This document shows positions 28,364 through 37,398 of a DNA stretch of 64,000 bases, piece after piece. The notes below the pieces were generated by a model, which was not told the origin of the DNA, searched no databases, and saw only the letters and a program-made list of their open reading frames with translations. How positions within the stretch are numbered: the stretch's first letter is position 1; every line of letters begins with the position of its first letter. Position numbers and translations under genes: made by a program. The DNA lies in assembly GCA_963718575.1 (NCBI GenBank), contig OY970358.1, positions 322,172-386,171 of the forward strand. The letters are read 5' to 3'. This stretch comes from an uncultured bacterium. GTDB lineage: Bacteria > Patescibacteriota > Minisyncoccia > UBA6257 > 2-01-FULL-56-20.

Positions 28364-28385
28364 GCTTTTTATTATAGCATGTGCC

Positions 28386-29288
28386 CTACGGACTCCAGTT
28401 GACGATGATACTGTTCACGCTGGGGCTGAGCGATCTCGCCGTGTTCGACAAAAGGATGACGCGATAGCGGAAATAGCGGCCGGCGAGCGATGTGTAGTTG
28501 CCCAGCCGGATCGGGGCGCCGGAGACGCTGGCCAGGTAACTGCTCCCCGATGTGCCGTCGGGACCGATAAAGTTCCATGGGCCGCTCGAACTATTGCTCA
28601 CGGCGATCTGGAAACCGACCGATGTCCCCGCCGGCAGATTTCCTTTCCACGTGATCGAATTGAGCTCTGCGCCGCTCGTCACGCCGGTATCGAAAGTTTG
28701 GGAGTCGAGCGTTCCCGAGGCTGACGTTGCAACCCACGACGTCGCCACCTCAAAATTGGAACCAGAGCATGAAATATTGCCGCAATTAAAAGATATCCAT
28801 CCTACAGTATCATTCCACGCCCAGCCGGAGAACACGCCCGTCGCCGCATTTATTTGCACGCCGCAATAACCGGAATAGGAAGAGCATGCCGAGGTCGTCG
28901 AACCCGTGACCGGATATGTGGAAGATGCGTCGCCCCAGTAAAACGATATCCAACCAATTTCATCGTTCCACGCCCACCCCGAAAGGTCTCCGTTGCCGTC
29001 ATTCGCAACCATATAATTACTGGTGCCGCAAATATTGCCACTCGGGCTCGTGGCACAATCCAGCGAGACGGAACCCGCCGATGAACTTGCATATCCCTGA
29101 AGCTGCGACGCCGTCACATTCACATTGCCGGTGCTGTAGAAATCGATCCAGCCGATCTCGTCGTTCCATGCAAAATGCTGTGATGTTGTCGCGTTGATAT
29201 TCGTCGCCGCGAACGCGTGCGGCGAAAGGAACATAAATGCCGCGAAAGTTCCTGCGACGATCCAGCTATATAAGAAAATTTTCTTCAT
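28386..29288 (-). CDS. Secreted repeat protein with three copies of W(A/N)WNDEIGWI(D/S)FY
   Basis: Signal peptide. FAWNDEIGWIDFY, WAWNDEIGWISFY and WAWNDTVGWISFN repeats. Confidence 0.55.
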   Translation of the reverse strand: MKKIFLYSWIVAGTFAAFMFLSPHAFAATNINATTSQHFAWNDEIGWIDFYSTGNVNVTASQLQGYASSSAGSVSLDCATSPSGNICGTSNYMVANDGNGDLSGWAWNDEIGWISFYWGDASSTYPVTGSTTSACSSYSGYCGVQINAATGVFSGWAWNDTVGWISFNCGNISCSGSNFEVATSWVATSASGTLDSQTFDTGVTSGAELNSITWKGNLPAGTSVGFQIAVSNSSSGPWNFIGPDGTSGSSYLASVSGAPIRLGNYTSLAGRYFRYRVILLSNTARSLSPSVNSIIVNWSP

Positions 29289-29303
29289 AATGACAAATTC
29301 ACA

Positions 29304-29933
29304 TCAATATCCCGGAATGGAGACGTAGAGTGCGCCGGTCGTCGTTGAATAATCAATATTGGATGATGTGGCGAATTGGCTGCTGGCGGAGGTTGCCACA
29401 CCACTCGCGCCGGGACCGCCGGACCAGTCAGTTTGATCGATCACGGCATCGTCATTACGGGTGAGGTATGTGCTTATCGTGCTCGTCTGCCCATGTGTCC
29501 AATTATACACCACAAAGATCTGCTTGGTGGACGGATCATAGGCGTTGCCGGACGCTGTCGAGGTGGCATTCCCCCCGCTCGTGCGGTATACATCGGAAAG
29601 ATAAAAATAACGGGTGAAGGTTGTCGTGCCGAGAACGAGCGATTGGATGCCCGACGTGGCGGTATAGGGAGATGACGATGTGATTAAATAGTATTGATGG
29701 CTCGTGCCGGTCGCGAGGGCCATGACGTTGTTCCATCCCGCCTCAGAGAATACGCGCACGTTATTAAGGAGATCCTGTCCGACCGTCGCTCCCTGCTGTA
29801 CGTTCACCGCCTGGGTATTTTCCTGAAGCGCCGGCGCAATGATCGTCGCGGCGGCCACCATGAATATGGTGCCTACTGCGATCGCAAGAAGAAGCTCGGT
29901 GATCGACTGTCCGGATCGGAGCGCTTTCATCAC
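29304..29933 (-). CDS. Pseudopilin-like protein (prepilin N-terminal motif)
   Basis: MMKALRSGQSITELLLAIAVGTIFMVAAATII. Confidence 0.65.
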   Translation of the reverse strand: MMKALRSGQSITELLLAIAVGTIFMVAAATIIAPALQENTQAVNVQQGATVGQDLLNNVRVFSEAGWNNVMALATGTSHQYYLITSSSPYTATSGIQSLVLGTTTFTRYFYLSDVYRTSGGNATSTASGNAYDPSTKQIFVVYNWTHGQTSTISTYLTRNDDAVIDQTDWSGGPGASGVATSASSQFATSSNIDYSTTTGALYVSIPGY

Positions 29934-29947
29934 TTCATTTTATCACA

Positions 29948-30436
29948 CTAATAGCTTATCTCTCCGGATGAAGCCACCGATATCGTGGACGAGAATATCG
30001 TGCTCTGCTTTGGCATATATAATTTGATACTCGTCGAAGCGGAGGCAGTGCCGGCGATCGGAGCAAAAACGATGTCGAGCGTGGCGCCCGTGGCAAGCGT
30101 GGAGGTCTGATATGCCACGGTCAGCGGCAACGGATAATAACCGACGGTGCCGGTCGCGCTATAGGCAGCTCCCGTGAACAACGCGTAGAACGGCACCACG
30201 GACGTGGAATTTGAAAAATGGACCCCCCACGAAACGCTCACCCCCTGCACCGCGCCGTTCTGCTGTGCGATCGCATCGCTCTGCGCCTGGCGCAAGAGCG
30301 TCGCGATCTGCTCAGTGGTGGCCGTCAGATCCGCGTTGGTCCGCCGCGATGCGAGCGTGGCGAAAACGACCGCGCCGAGCGCGATCATGACCCCGAAGAC
30401 CACGAGAAGCTCGACAAGGGTGAATCCTTTGCGCAT
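29948..30436 (-). CDS. Type IV pilin
   Basis: MRKGFTLVELLVVFGVMIALGAVVFATL. Confidence 0.8.
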   Translation of the reverse strand: MRKGFTLVELLVVFGVMIALGAVVFATLASRRTNADLTATTEQIATLLRQAQSDAIAQQNGAVQGVSVSWGVHFSNSTSVVPFYALFTGAAYSATGTVGYYPLPLTVAYQTSTLATGATLDIVFAPIAGTASASTSIKLYMPKQSTIFSSTISVASSGEISY

Positions 30437-30439
30437 GGA

Positions 30440-31651
30440 TCAGAATGATGTAGTCAGCTGATAGATCGGGACAATGATGGAAAGGGCGATGACGCCGACC
30501 ATGACACCCATCACGAGGAGCATTCCCGGCTCAAGGAGCGAGACGAGCGCTTTGATATTCGCGTCGATATTCGATTCATAAAATTCCGAGAGGGTGTCCA
30601 GCACTTCCTCAAGGTGTCCCGCTTTTTCGGAAATGGCAACGAGGTTGATCACCATTTTGGGGAACACCGTCTCGCGACGGAACGCTTCGCCGATCGTCAG
30701 CCCTTTTGACAATCCCTCGTTCGCGACGCGAAGGAGCGCGGTGCGGTATGAATCGAGCCCTACCGTTTCCGCTGCGATCGTGATCGTATCCACGATGGGC
30801 AATCCTGCGCGCATGAGCGAGCTCATCGTGGAGGCCATGCGCTGAACGGCGATCTCGCGATACACCGTACTCACGAGCGGAAGGCTTGTCAGCACCCGGC
30901 TAAAGACACGCGCACCCACTTCCGTCTTGGTCACCACCCACACGGTGATCCCGACGAGTATCACGAGACCGGGAAGAATGATGAGGATATTCGCCCCGAG
31001 AAAAAGGCCGACGGTGAACACGATCTGGGAGAACCACGGTGGATTGATACCGCTCTGCGCGAACACATTTGCCACCTTGGGCAATGCAAACGTCACGAGA
31101 AAGGTCAGGATTCCGACGGCCATGCAAAGCAATACGATCGGGTATATCATCGCCGACTTCACCTTGCTTCGTATCTCCGCTTCTTTTTCCAGAGAGACGC
31201 TCAGGTCCTCGAATGTCTTCTGGAGTGTCCCCGAAGCTTCCGCCGCCTTTACGAGGTTGATGATCGTTGAAGAAAACTCTTTCGGGTGCCGTGCGAACGA
31301 ACTATAGAACGGGCGGCCTTTGCTCAGGTCATCCCGCACCTCAAGGAGAAAATTGCGCATCGCCGGCTTGTCAAAATCGAGGATGAGAATGTTGATCGCG
31401 GAAAGCAAATCGGTGCCCACGCGCAACATCAATGCCAGATATTTCGTGAGGAATACCTTGTCCGATGTGTTGATGCCGCCGCCGAAAAATCCCTGGACCA
31501 CCCCTACTTTTACTTTCTCCATCGGTTTCACCGAAATCGGGCGAAGTTGTTTGCTTCCAAGAAAGCGCAGTGCGTCGTTCAGGCTATCAGCCTCGTAATC
31601 CCCTTCCGTCATCTTTCCCGCCTCGTCCGCAGCGACGTAATGAAACAGCAT
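30440..31651 (-). CDS. pilC: Type IV pilus inner-membrane platform protein PilC (GspF family)
   Basis: Two T2SS_F repeats, three TM segments, 403 aa. Confidence 0.85.
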   Translation of the reverse strand: MLFHYVAADEAGKMTEGDYEADSLNDALRFLGSKQLRPISVKPMEKVKVGVVQGFFGGGINTSDKVFLTKYLALMLRVGTDLLSAINILILDFDKPAMRNFLLEVRDDLSKGRPFYSSFARHPKEFSSTIINLVKAAEASGTLQKTFEDLSVSLEKEAEIRSKVKSAMIYPIVLLCMAVGILTFLVTFALPKVANVFAQSGINPPWFSQIVFTVGLFLGANILIILPGLVILVGITVWVVTKTEVGARVFSRVLTSLPLVSTVYREIAVQRMASTMSSLMRAGLPIVDTITIAAETVGLDSYRTALLRVANEGLSKGLTIGEAFRRETVFPKMVINLVAISEKAGHLEEVLDTLSEFYESNIDANIKALVSLLEPGMLLVMGVMVGVIALSIIVPIYQLTTSF

Positions 31652-31739
31652 ATGTAAATAATACCACAGGCATTCTTTTGTATGAGCTGTCCCGCGAGTG
31701 GACGTCCCTACGTTGGAGCGAGACAGAGGGGAATTCTTT

Positions 31740-33455
31740 TTATTCCCGGATCACGCGCAAGACTTCCTCGAGCGTCGTCTGTGCAAGCTCCGCTTTCCGA
31801 AGCCCATCCTCAAACATCGTTTTCATTCCCGATTTGGTCGCCTCTGCGCGAACGGATTCCAGGCTGAACTGCGGAGCGACGATCAGCTCTTTTATCGGTT
31901 CGGTCACCTCCAATGCCTCGAAAATAGCGAGGCGTCCGCGATAGCCTGTCATGCCGCATGCCGAGCATCCCTTGCCGGAGTACAATGTTTTTGGAATACG
32001 TACTTTTTCCGGATCGAGACCGTTTCCCTCTATTTGTTTTTTTAATATTGCTACGACTGCGGGATCGGTATCGTAAGAATAGATGCACGACTGGCAGACC
32101 TTACGCACAAGACGCTGGGCAAGTACCAGATTGAGCACTGAACTTACGAGGAACGGCGGGATCTTCATATCGAAAAAACGCGGGATGGCCGTCGGCGCGT
32201 CGTTCGTGTGGAGCGAAGAAAGCAGTAAGTGGCCGGTAAGCGCCGCCTGTACGGCGATGTCAGCGGTCTCGTCGTCGCGGATCTCACCGACCATGATCAC
32301 GTTCGGGTCCTGGCGAAGCAGTGCGCGAAGCCCTGAGGCAAAGGTCATCCCCGCCTGGGGATTGATCTGCGTCTGATTGACGTAGCGCATGTTGTACTCG
32401 ATCGGATCTTCAACGGTCGTCATATTGACCTCGGGGCGGTTCAATATATTCATAAGCGCGTAGAGCGTCGTCGTCTTTCCTGAACCGGTCGGTCCGCACG
32501 AGATGAGCATTCCATAGGATTTTTTAAGATTGTCGGCGACGATCTTCGCCACGTCCGGCGCCATGCCAAGTTCTTCGAGCGAGAGCGGCTTCTGCGATGA
32601 TTCGAGCAGACGCATCTCAACTTTTTCGCCAAAAAACGTCGGCATCGTAGAGACGCGGACATCGACCTCCTGATTCCCCAGCTGATACCGGAAACGCCCG
32701 TCCTGCGGAGCGTAATGCTCGTCGATCTTAAGCCCCGCGAGCAGTTTGATGCGCGCGACGATCCCCGGATGCACCGCCTTTGTGATATCCATCACTTGAT
32801 AAAGAATGCCGTCGATACGGTAACGCACGAACGTCGATTCCTCCAATATCTCTATGTGAATGTCGGAAGCACGCGACGCGAGCGCATAGGAAAGGATATT
32901 GTCCACGATGCCGACGATCGGAAGGTCTCCCGCCGCCTCCTTTGCGTCCTTTGATTGGCTGACAAGCGACGCGCGGACGTTATCGTCAATGATTTTTTTG
33001 AAATCCTGTCCGAGTTCGTAGCCATAGACGGAAAATCCGCGATTCAGATCGCCCGGCGATGCAAGGAACGGGTGAATCTTTGCCCCCAGCCGCTGTTCCA
33101 AAAATTCCCGCGTCTCGAGATCGGACGGGTCCACCATCGCGACATCAAACGTGCCGTCATCCTCTTTATTAAAAACAACGGACTGCCGCGAACGCGCAAC
33201 GTCCTCGGCAAGCAGCTTTACTATATCTTTATTGAGCGCCTGGACGCTGAAATCCGCGCGTGGCACGCCGAGGAGCGACGCGATAAGGTTGCTCAGATAA
33301 TTTTCCTCAACGATCTTTTCGGAAACAAGAACGTCGATCACGCTTTGATTCTTACGTTCGGCCTCCTGATAGAGTTCATCAAACCGCTCCGATGTTACGA
33401 GCCCTTGTTCGATCAGCATCTGCTTCAGCTGATCCGGAGAAATAGGAAGTTTCAT
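31740..33455 (-). CDS. pilB: Type IV pilus assembly ATPase PilB (GspE family)
   Basis: Walker A ISCGPTGSGKTTTLYA. His/Asp boxes. 571 aa. Confidence 0.9.
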   Translation of the reverse strand: MKLPISPDQLKQMLIEQGLVTSERFDELYQEAERKNQSVIDVLVSEKIVEENYLSNLIASLLGVPRADFSVQALNKDIVKLLAEDVARSRQSVVFNKEDDGTFDVAMVDPSDLETREFLEQRLGAKIHPFLASPGDLNRGFSVYGYELGQDFKKIIDDNVRASLVSQSKDAKEAAGDLPIVGIVDNILSYALASRASDIHIEILEESTFVRYRIDGILYQVMDITKAVHPGIVARIKLLAGLKIDEHYAPQDGRFRYQLGNQEVDVRVSTMPTFFGEKVEMRLLESSQKPLSLEELGMAPDVAKIVADNLKKSYGMLISCGPTGSGKTTTLYALMNILNRPEVNMTTVEDPIEYNMRYVNQTQINPQAGMTFASGLRALLRQDPNVIMVGEIRDDETADIAVQAALTGHLLLSSLHTNDAPTAIPRFFDMKIPPFLVSSVLNLVLAQRLVRKVCQSCIYSYDTDPAVVAILKKQIEGNGLDPEKVRIPKTLYSGKGCSACGMTGYRGRLAIFEALEVTEPIKELIVAPQFSLESVRAEATKSGMKTMFEDGLRKAELAQTTLEEVLRVIRE

Positions 33456-33547
33456 GGGTGTTGGTCAGTTAATCATAGCAGAGCGCCGGACAAAATAAAA
33501 AGCGCCGGAAATGTCCGGTGCTTTTTATACTTACAAAAACAAATCGA

Positions 33548-34201
33548 CTAGAAAGTCAGATTAGTTCCTGACTCCAAAGTGCAGAGAGAAGTCCCGCCGT
33601 CAGTCGACTCAACGTCACCAGAGCCACCATCGCTATACTTCAAGCTCTCCGTCTTTGTAGCGAGCTTATAGGTGGTCTGTCCGCCCACAAACATATAGAG
33701 ATTCGTTCCGGTGTTAACAGGATCGACCGGCAAAGCACTGATCGGAGCACCCGAGCTTATCGCGGTGAAGTTGACAGGGATCCATCCTGTCCCGTTTACC
33801 GCCCGCGACGCCGCAGTACCCGCTCCACTGCTCGCAACGTTCTCCCCTCCCGTAAATCCCCAACCACCGATCACACTGGGAGTTGAAGTAACACAGCCAG
33901 TTGTAGCTGTCTCGCTAGCGTTGCTAATAGAACTGCCACTTGGACCAGAGATAAATATCGTGCTGGTAGTGCTTGTGCTCGAGCCGCTCATCCACGTTGT
34001 CGTCGAAACGTCCGTCGCATACAAGGATAATGAGCTCTTGAGTGTGGCGAAATCAGAGACACGATTTGAGTCCCTCGCTTGGCGCAAAAGTTCCGCGGGG
34101 TTCAAGGTCAAAATGACCACAACCGCCAAGATTGCGATGATCGCGATAACGACGAGAAGTTCGATGAGGGTAAATCCCTTCTGCTTTTTATTATTTTTCA
34201 T
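33548..34201 (-). CDS. Type IV pilin (probable major pilin)
   Basis: MKNNKKQKGFTLIELLVVIAIIAILAVVVILTLNPAELLRQARDSNRVSD. Confidence 0.85.
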   Translation of the reverse strand: MKNNKKQKGFTLIELLVVIAIIAILAVVVILTLNPAELLRQARDSNRVSDFATLKSSLSLYATDVSTTTWMSGSSTSTTSTIFISGPSGSSISNASETATTGCVTSTPSVIGGWGFTGGENVASSGAGTAASRAVNGTGWIPVNFTAISSGAPISALPVDPVNTGTNLYMFVGGQTTYKLATKTESLKYSDGGSGDVESTDGGTSLCTLESGTNLTF

Positions 34202-34278
34202 AACAATGTATTTGCGTTTTTAGAGAAACTCGACCTTTCTGCTCTTCTCTTGTATTCAGTATACGATACTGGGGGGAA

Positions 34279-34992
34279 TTAGCCCTGTGGATAAGTAAAA
34301 TCGGGCGGTAATGGAGCCTCAAATTCGAAACTATTCCCATTATCGTCCGAAAACGCGATAGCGGCGGCGTGCAGCATAAGGCGCGGCGCGGAAGCGATTT
34401 TTCTTCCGTAAAGCGTGTCGCCCACGATCGGATTGCCGATGCTCGCAAGATGCACCCGGATCTGGTGCGTGCGACCGGTCTTTGGATGTATCTTTAATAG
34501 TGCGCACGCTTCATTGCCCTCCCCGGCGACCTTCTTCACAACGGCGTATTCCGTCACCGCAGATTTCGCCATTTTAGAGGAGTGGATACTTCGTTTGAGC
34601 GATCCGTTCTTAATTCCGATCGGGGCGTCGATGGTTCCCTGTTTATTTTTCGGCACACCGTGCACGATGGCAAAATAGGTTTTTTTCATGCGGTGCTCCT
34701 GGAATAGTTTTTTTAGGCGCTCGAATGCTATTTGCGTCTTCGCAACGATCATTACGCCGGATGTTGCTTTATCAAGTCGATGCACGATCCCCGGTCGCAG
34801 AAACGGATCATCTCCCACGTTCTTTATTTTTGGATAACGCGCGGACAGCCAGTCCACAAGCGTCGATTCCGCCGCGCGCGACGTGTCCTCACGACGCCGT
34901 TCGCTTACCCGCGCGGCGTGTACCATCAGCCCCGCCGGCTTGTTCAAAACAATAAAGTCGTCGTTTTCAAAAATGACCTCCGGCTCTTTCAT
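34279..34992 (-). CDS. RluA-family pseudouridine synthase
   Basis: HRLDKATSGVMIVAKT catalytic-Asp motif. Confidence 0.85.
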   Translation of the reverse strand: MKEPEVIFENDDFIVLNKPAGLMVHAARVSERRREDTSRAAESTLVDWLSARYPKIKNVGDDPFLRPGIVHRLDKATSGVMIVAKTQIAFERLKKLFQEHRMKKTYFAIVHGVPKNKQGTIDAPIGIKNGSLKRSIHSSKMAKSAVTEYAVVKKVAGEGNEACALLKIHPKTGRTHQIRVHLASIGNPIVGDTLYGRKIASAPRLMLHAAAIAFSDDNGNSFEFEAPLPPDFTYPQG

Positions 34993-35101
34993 TCATTCAT
35001 CTTACCCTCTTTTATTATTCGCACAAAACAAAAGACCCGTACCCGTTAAGCGAGTGGACGTTCTTACGCCGGAGCGAACCGGGTGCGGGTCTTTTGTTTT
35101 G

Positions 35102-35173
35102 TGCGCGCAGAAGGAATCGAACCTTCGACCTTTTCATTATCAGTGAAATGCTCTACCACTGAGCTACGCGCGC
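35102..35173 (-). tRNA. tRNA-Ile (anticodon GAT)
   Basis: rc: GCGCGCGTAGCTCAGTGGTAGAGCATTTCACTGATAATGAAAAGGTCGAAGGTTCGATTCCTTCTGCGCGCA. Clean cloverleaf. CCA not encoded. Confidence 0.9.
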
Positions 35174-35181
35174 GCTGGCCG

Positions 35182-35253
35182 CCGAAGCGGTGTGCGCGAT
35201 GGAGGGATCGGACCTCCGGCCTTCACAATGTCAATGTGACGCTCTACCACTGA
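35182..35253 (-). tRNA. tRNA-Val (anticodon GAC)
   Basis: rc: GCGCGATTAGCTCAGTGGTAGAGCGTCACATTGACATTGTGAAGGCCGGAGGTCCGATCCCTCCATCGCGCA. Confidence 0.9.
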
Positions 35254-35314
35254 GCTAATCGCGCTTACGGGATCGCGCAGGCATGGTTCATCATACGGCC
35301 TCGCCATATTTTTT

Positions 35315-35611
35315 TCAAGGCTTGGTGGTCGTCGTTGTCGTGCCGACGGCGGGAGTCGGAGCGACCGGCGCGATGGGGATCACCGACGCCGCAGAGGATG
35401 TCTCATTCACCAGACCATGGAGGTCGAGCTTTGCCGCATCCGCAAGGTCAAATCCTTCAATAGGCTGGGCAGGAGGAGTGACAAGCGCAAGGTGAAGCTG
35501 GATAAAGATATCGTTGACAGCCCAAAGATAAAACCCCAAAAGGATGCCGAGGAACAGTACGGCAAACGTGCCGATAATAAGATTGGGATATGAATGTAAG
35601 AATTTTTTCAT
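35315..35611 (-). CDS. Small membrane protein (98 aa)
   Basis: Single TM helix and Ala/Pro/Thr-rich tail. Confidence 0.4.
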   Translation of the reverse strand: MKKFLHSYPNLIIGTFAVLFLGILLGFYLWAVNDIFIQLHLALVTPPAQPIEGFDLADAAKLDLHGLVNETSSAASVIPIAPVAPTPAVGTTTTTTKP

Positions 35612-35624
35612 AAAAATGGTTTTG

Positions 35625-36161
35625 TCATTGTTGGAAGAACAAGACCCCCTGCCCCGTCACCTTTTCGTTTGTTCCGTCGGCTGATACATCGAACGACGAA
35701 AGCGAGAGGAGAAATTCCGCCGACTTGGCATCCATATCATCCAGAAACGAAGCAATGTCGCCGGGCGTGCCTTCGGCGCTGAAAGAAAACTGCGCGCTTC
35801 CCGGCGTGACCCCCGTTGGCGGCGTGATAGAACCCTGGAACGCCGCATCGGCCGTGACGTTATACTTTTCCCCCAACTGGGTCAGCCATTGCGTAAAAGT
35901 TACAAGCCCATACTGGCTGGGAAGAAGCTGATCGATCGCCGCTTGATATTGCATCGCCTGCGATGCATCTGCCCCAAGCTGGGCAAGGTTGGCCACGGTA
36001 TTGGTATCCTGCTGTATTGTCATACGATCATTCGCGATCACCAAAGCCTGGGCGGAGATGCTGCTGGAAAAGAAAAACAAGGCGCCTCCCGCGATGATGA
36101 TGCTTGCAACGATGATTCCCCCGCTTATCAATAATTGCCTCGTGAATCGATCCTTGACCAT
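35625..36161 (-). CDS. Membrane-anchored protein, possibly PilO-like
   Basis: N-terminal TM helix and Gln-rich coiled segment. Pilus-locus context. Confidence 0.4.
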   Translation of the reverse strand: MVKDRFTRQLLISGGIIVASIIIAGGALFFFSSSISAQALVIANDRMTIQQDTNTVANLAQLGADASQAMQYQAAIDQLLPSQYGLVTFTQWLTQLGEKYNVTADAAFQGSITPPTGVTPGSAQFSFSAEGTPGDIASFLDDMDAKSAEFLLSLSSFDVSADGTNEKVTGQGVLFFQQ

Positions 36162-36258
36162 TGTCCTTCTATTATAGCTAAAATGGGGAATTAAATCACG
36201 ATGAAATCATATTTCTTGATATTCAAAAAAACTGTTAGGCTCAAAAAAAACAATTCCA

Positions 36259-37380
36259 ATGAACGAATCCCATTACTATCACGCGGTCGCAGTCGCAACC
36301 CATGGCGGTTATGCCACAATGAAAAAATATCGCGCGGCGGGAGGCGACGGCTGGGAAGCGGCATATTACGCACTTCAAAAAGACATTGAAATGGCGAACA
36401 ACGCATTACTGATCGGAGAAACCATCATCGCCCCGCCGCCCGATCCCCAAAGGGCATATGAGGAGATGGAGCGCCTCGGCGTGCGCCTGGTGCTCAGCTC
36501 GCAAAAAAAATTCCCTGAGGCGCTCCGCAATATTCCCCATCCTCCGTTCGGCATCTATCTCCGCGGCGAAGAACTTATAGACACATCTATATCCGGCACG
36601 CCTATACGAACCGCACACCCGCCGACGATTGCCGTCGTCGGAACCCGGCGCGCGAGCGCGGATGGCAAGAAGACTGCGCGCTCTTTCGCACGCGAGCTTG
36701 CCGCCGCAGGATGCACGATCGCGAGCGGCCTCGCTTTTGGCATAGACGCGGCGGCGCATGAGGGCGCGCTTGACGCTGCTGCCGATGGCGGACGCGGCAC
36801 GACCATCGCGGTCCTCGCCGGAGGCCTCGACGCCGTCTACCCGCACTCGCATCGCGCGCTCGCAGAAAAGATCCTCGCGAGCGGAGGCACGCTCATCTCC
36901 GAATATCCGCCGGGCGAGACACCGTTCGCCTACCGCTTCATCGAGCGCAACCGGATTATGAGCGGCCTCTCGCGCGGCGTGCTCATCGTGGAAGCGCCCG
37001 AGTCTTCCGGCGCGCTCGCCACCGCGCGTTATGCCGTGGAACAGAACCGCGAGGTATTCGTCGTGCCCGGCGCGGTGAGCGCGAACAACTTCAAAGGCTC
37101 GCACACGCTCATTCGTCAAGGGGCGGAGCTCGTCACATCGCCTGGCGATATTCTTGAAGCGTATGAGCTAGACAAAAAGGCAGCCGTGGCAGCCGCGAAC
37201 GCCGCGGCGACACCCGAACAAATCCTTATCCTAAAAGCGCTCAGAGAGATATCGTCACCTGCCGATGTTGACAAATTAGCAGGAATCACTAGACTTGAAC
37301 CCCGCGTAGTCAATCAGATGCTAAGCCTCCTTTTAATAAGAGGAATCATCAAGGAATCGGAAACTGGGTATACAATATAA
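36259..37380 (+). CDS. dprA: DNA processing protein DprA (Smf)
   Basis: TIAVVGTRRASADGKKTARSFARELAAAGCTIASGLAFGIDAAAHEGAL. Confidence 0.9.
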   Translation: MNESHYYHAVAVATHGGYATMKKYRAAGGDGWEAAYYALQKDIEMANNALLIGETIIAPPPDPQRAYEEMERLGVRLVLSSQKKFPEALRNIPHPPFGIYLRGEELIDTSISGTPIRTAHPPTIAVVGTRRASADGKKTARSFARELAAAGCTIASGLAFGIDAAAHEGALDAAADGGRGTTIAVLAGGLDAVYPHSHRALAEKILASGGTLISEYPPGETPFAYRFIERNRIMSGLSRGVLIVEAPESSGALATARYAVEQNREVFVVPGAVSANNFKGSHTLIRQGAELVTSPGDILEAYELDKKAAVAAANAAATPEQILILKALREISSPADVDKLAGITRLEPRVVNQMLSLLLIRGIIKESETGYTI

Positions 37381-37398
37381 ATAATTCACTCTCTATAT

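Noticed and set aside
36406-37119. 237-aa minus-strand ORF
   Set aside because: It is antisense to dprA, whose Smf/DprA motif is clear. Its composition is Arg/Ala-rich and low-complexity.
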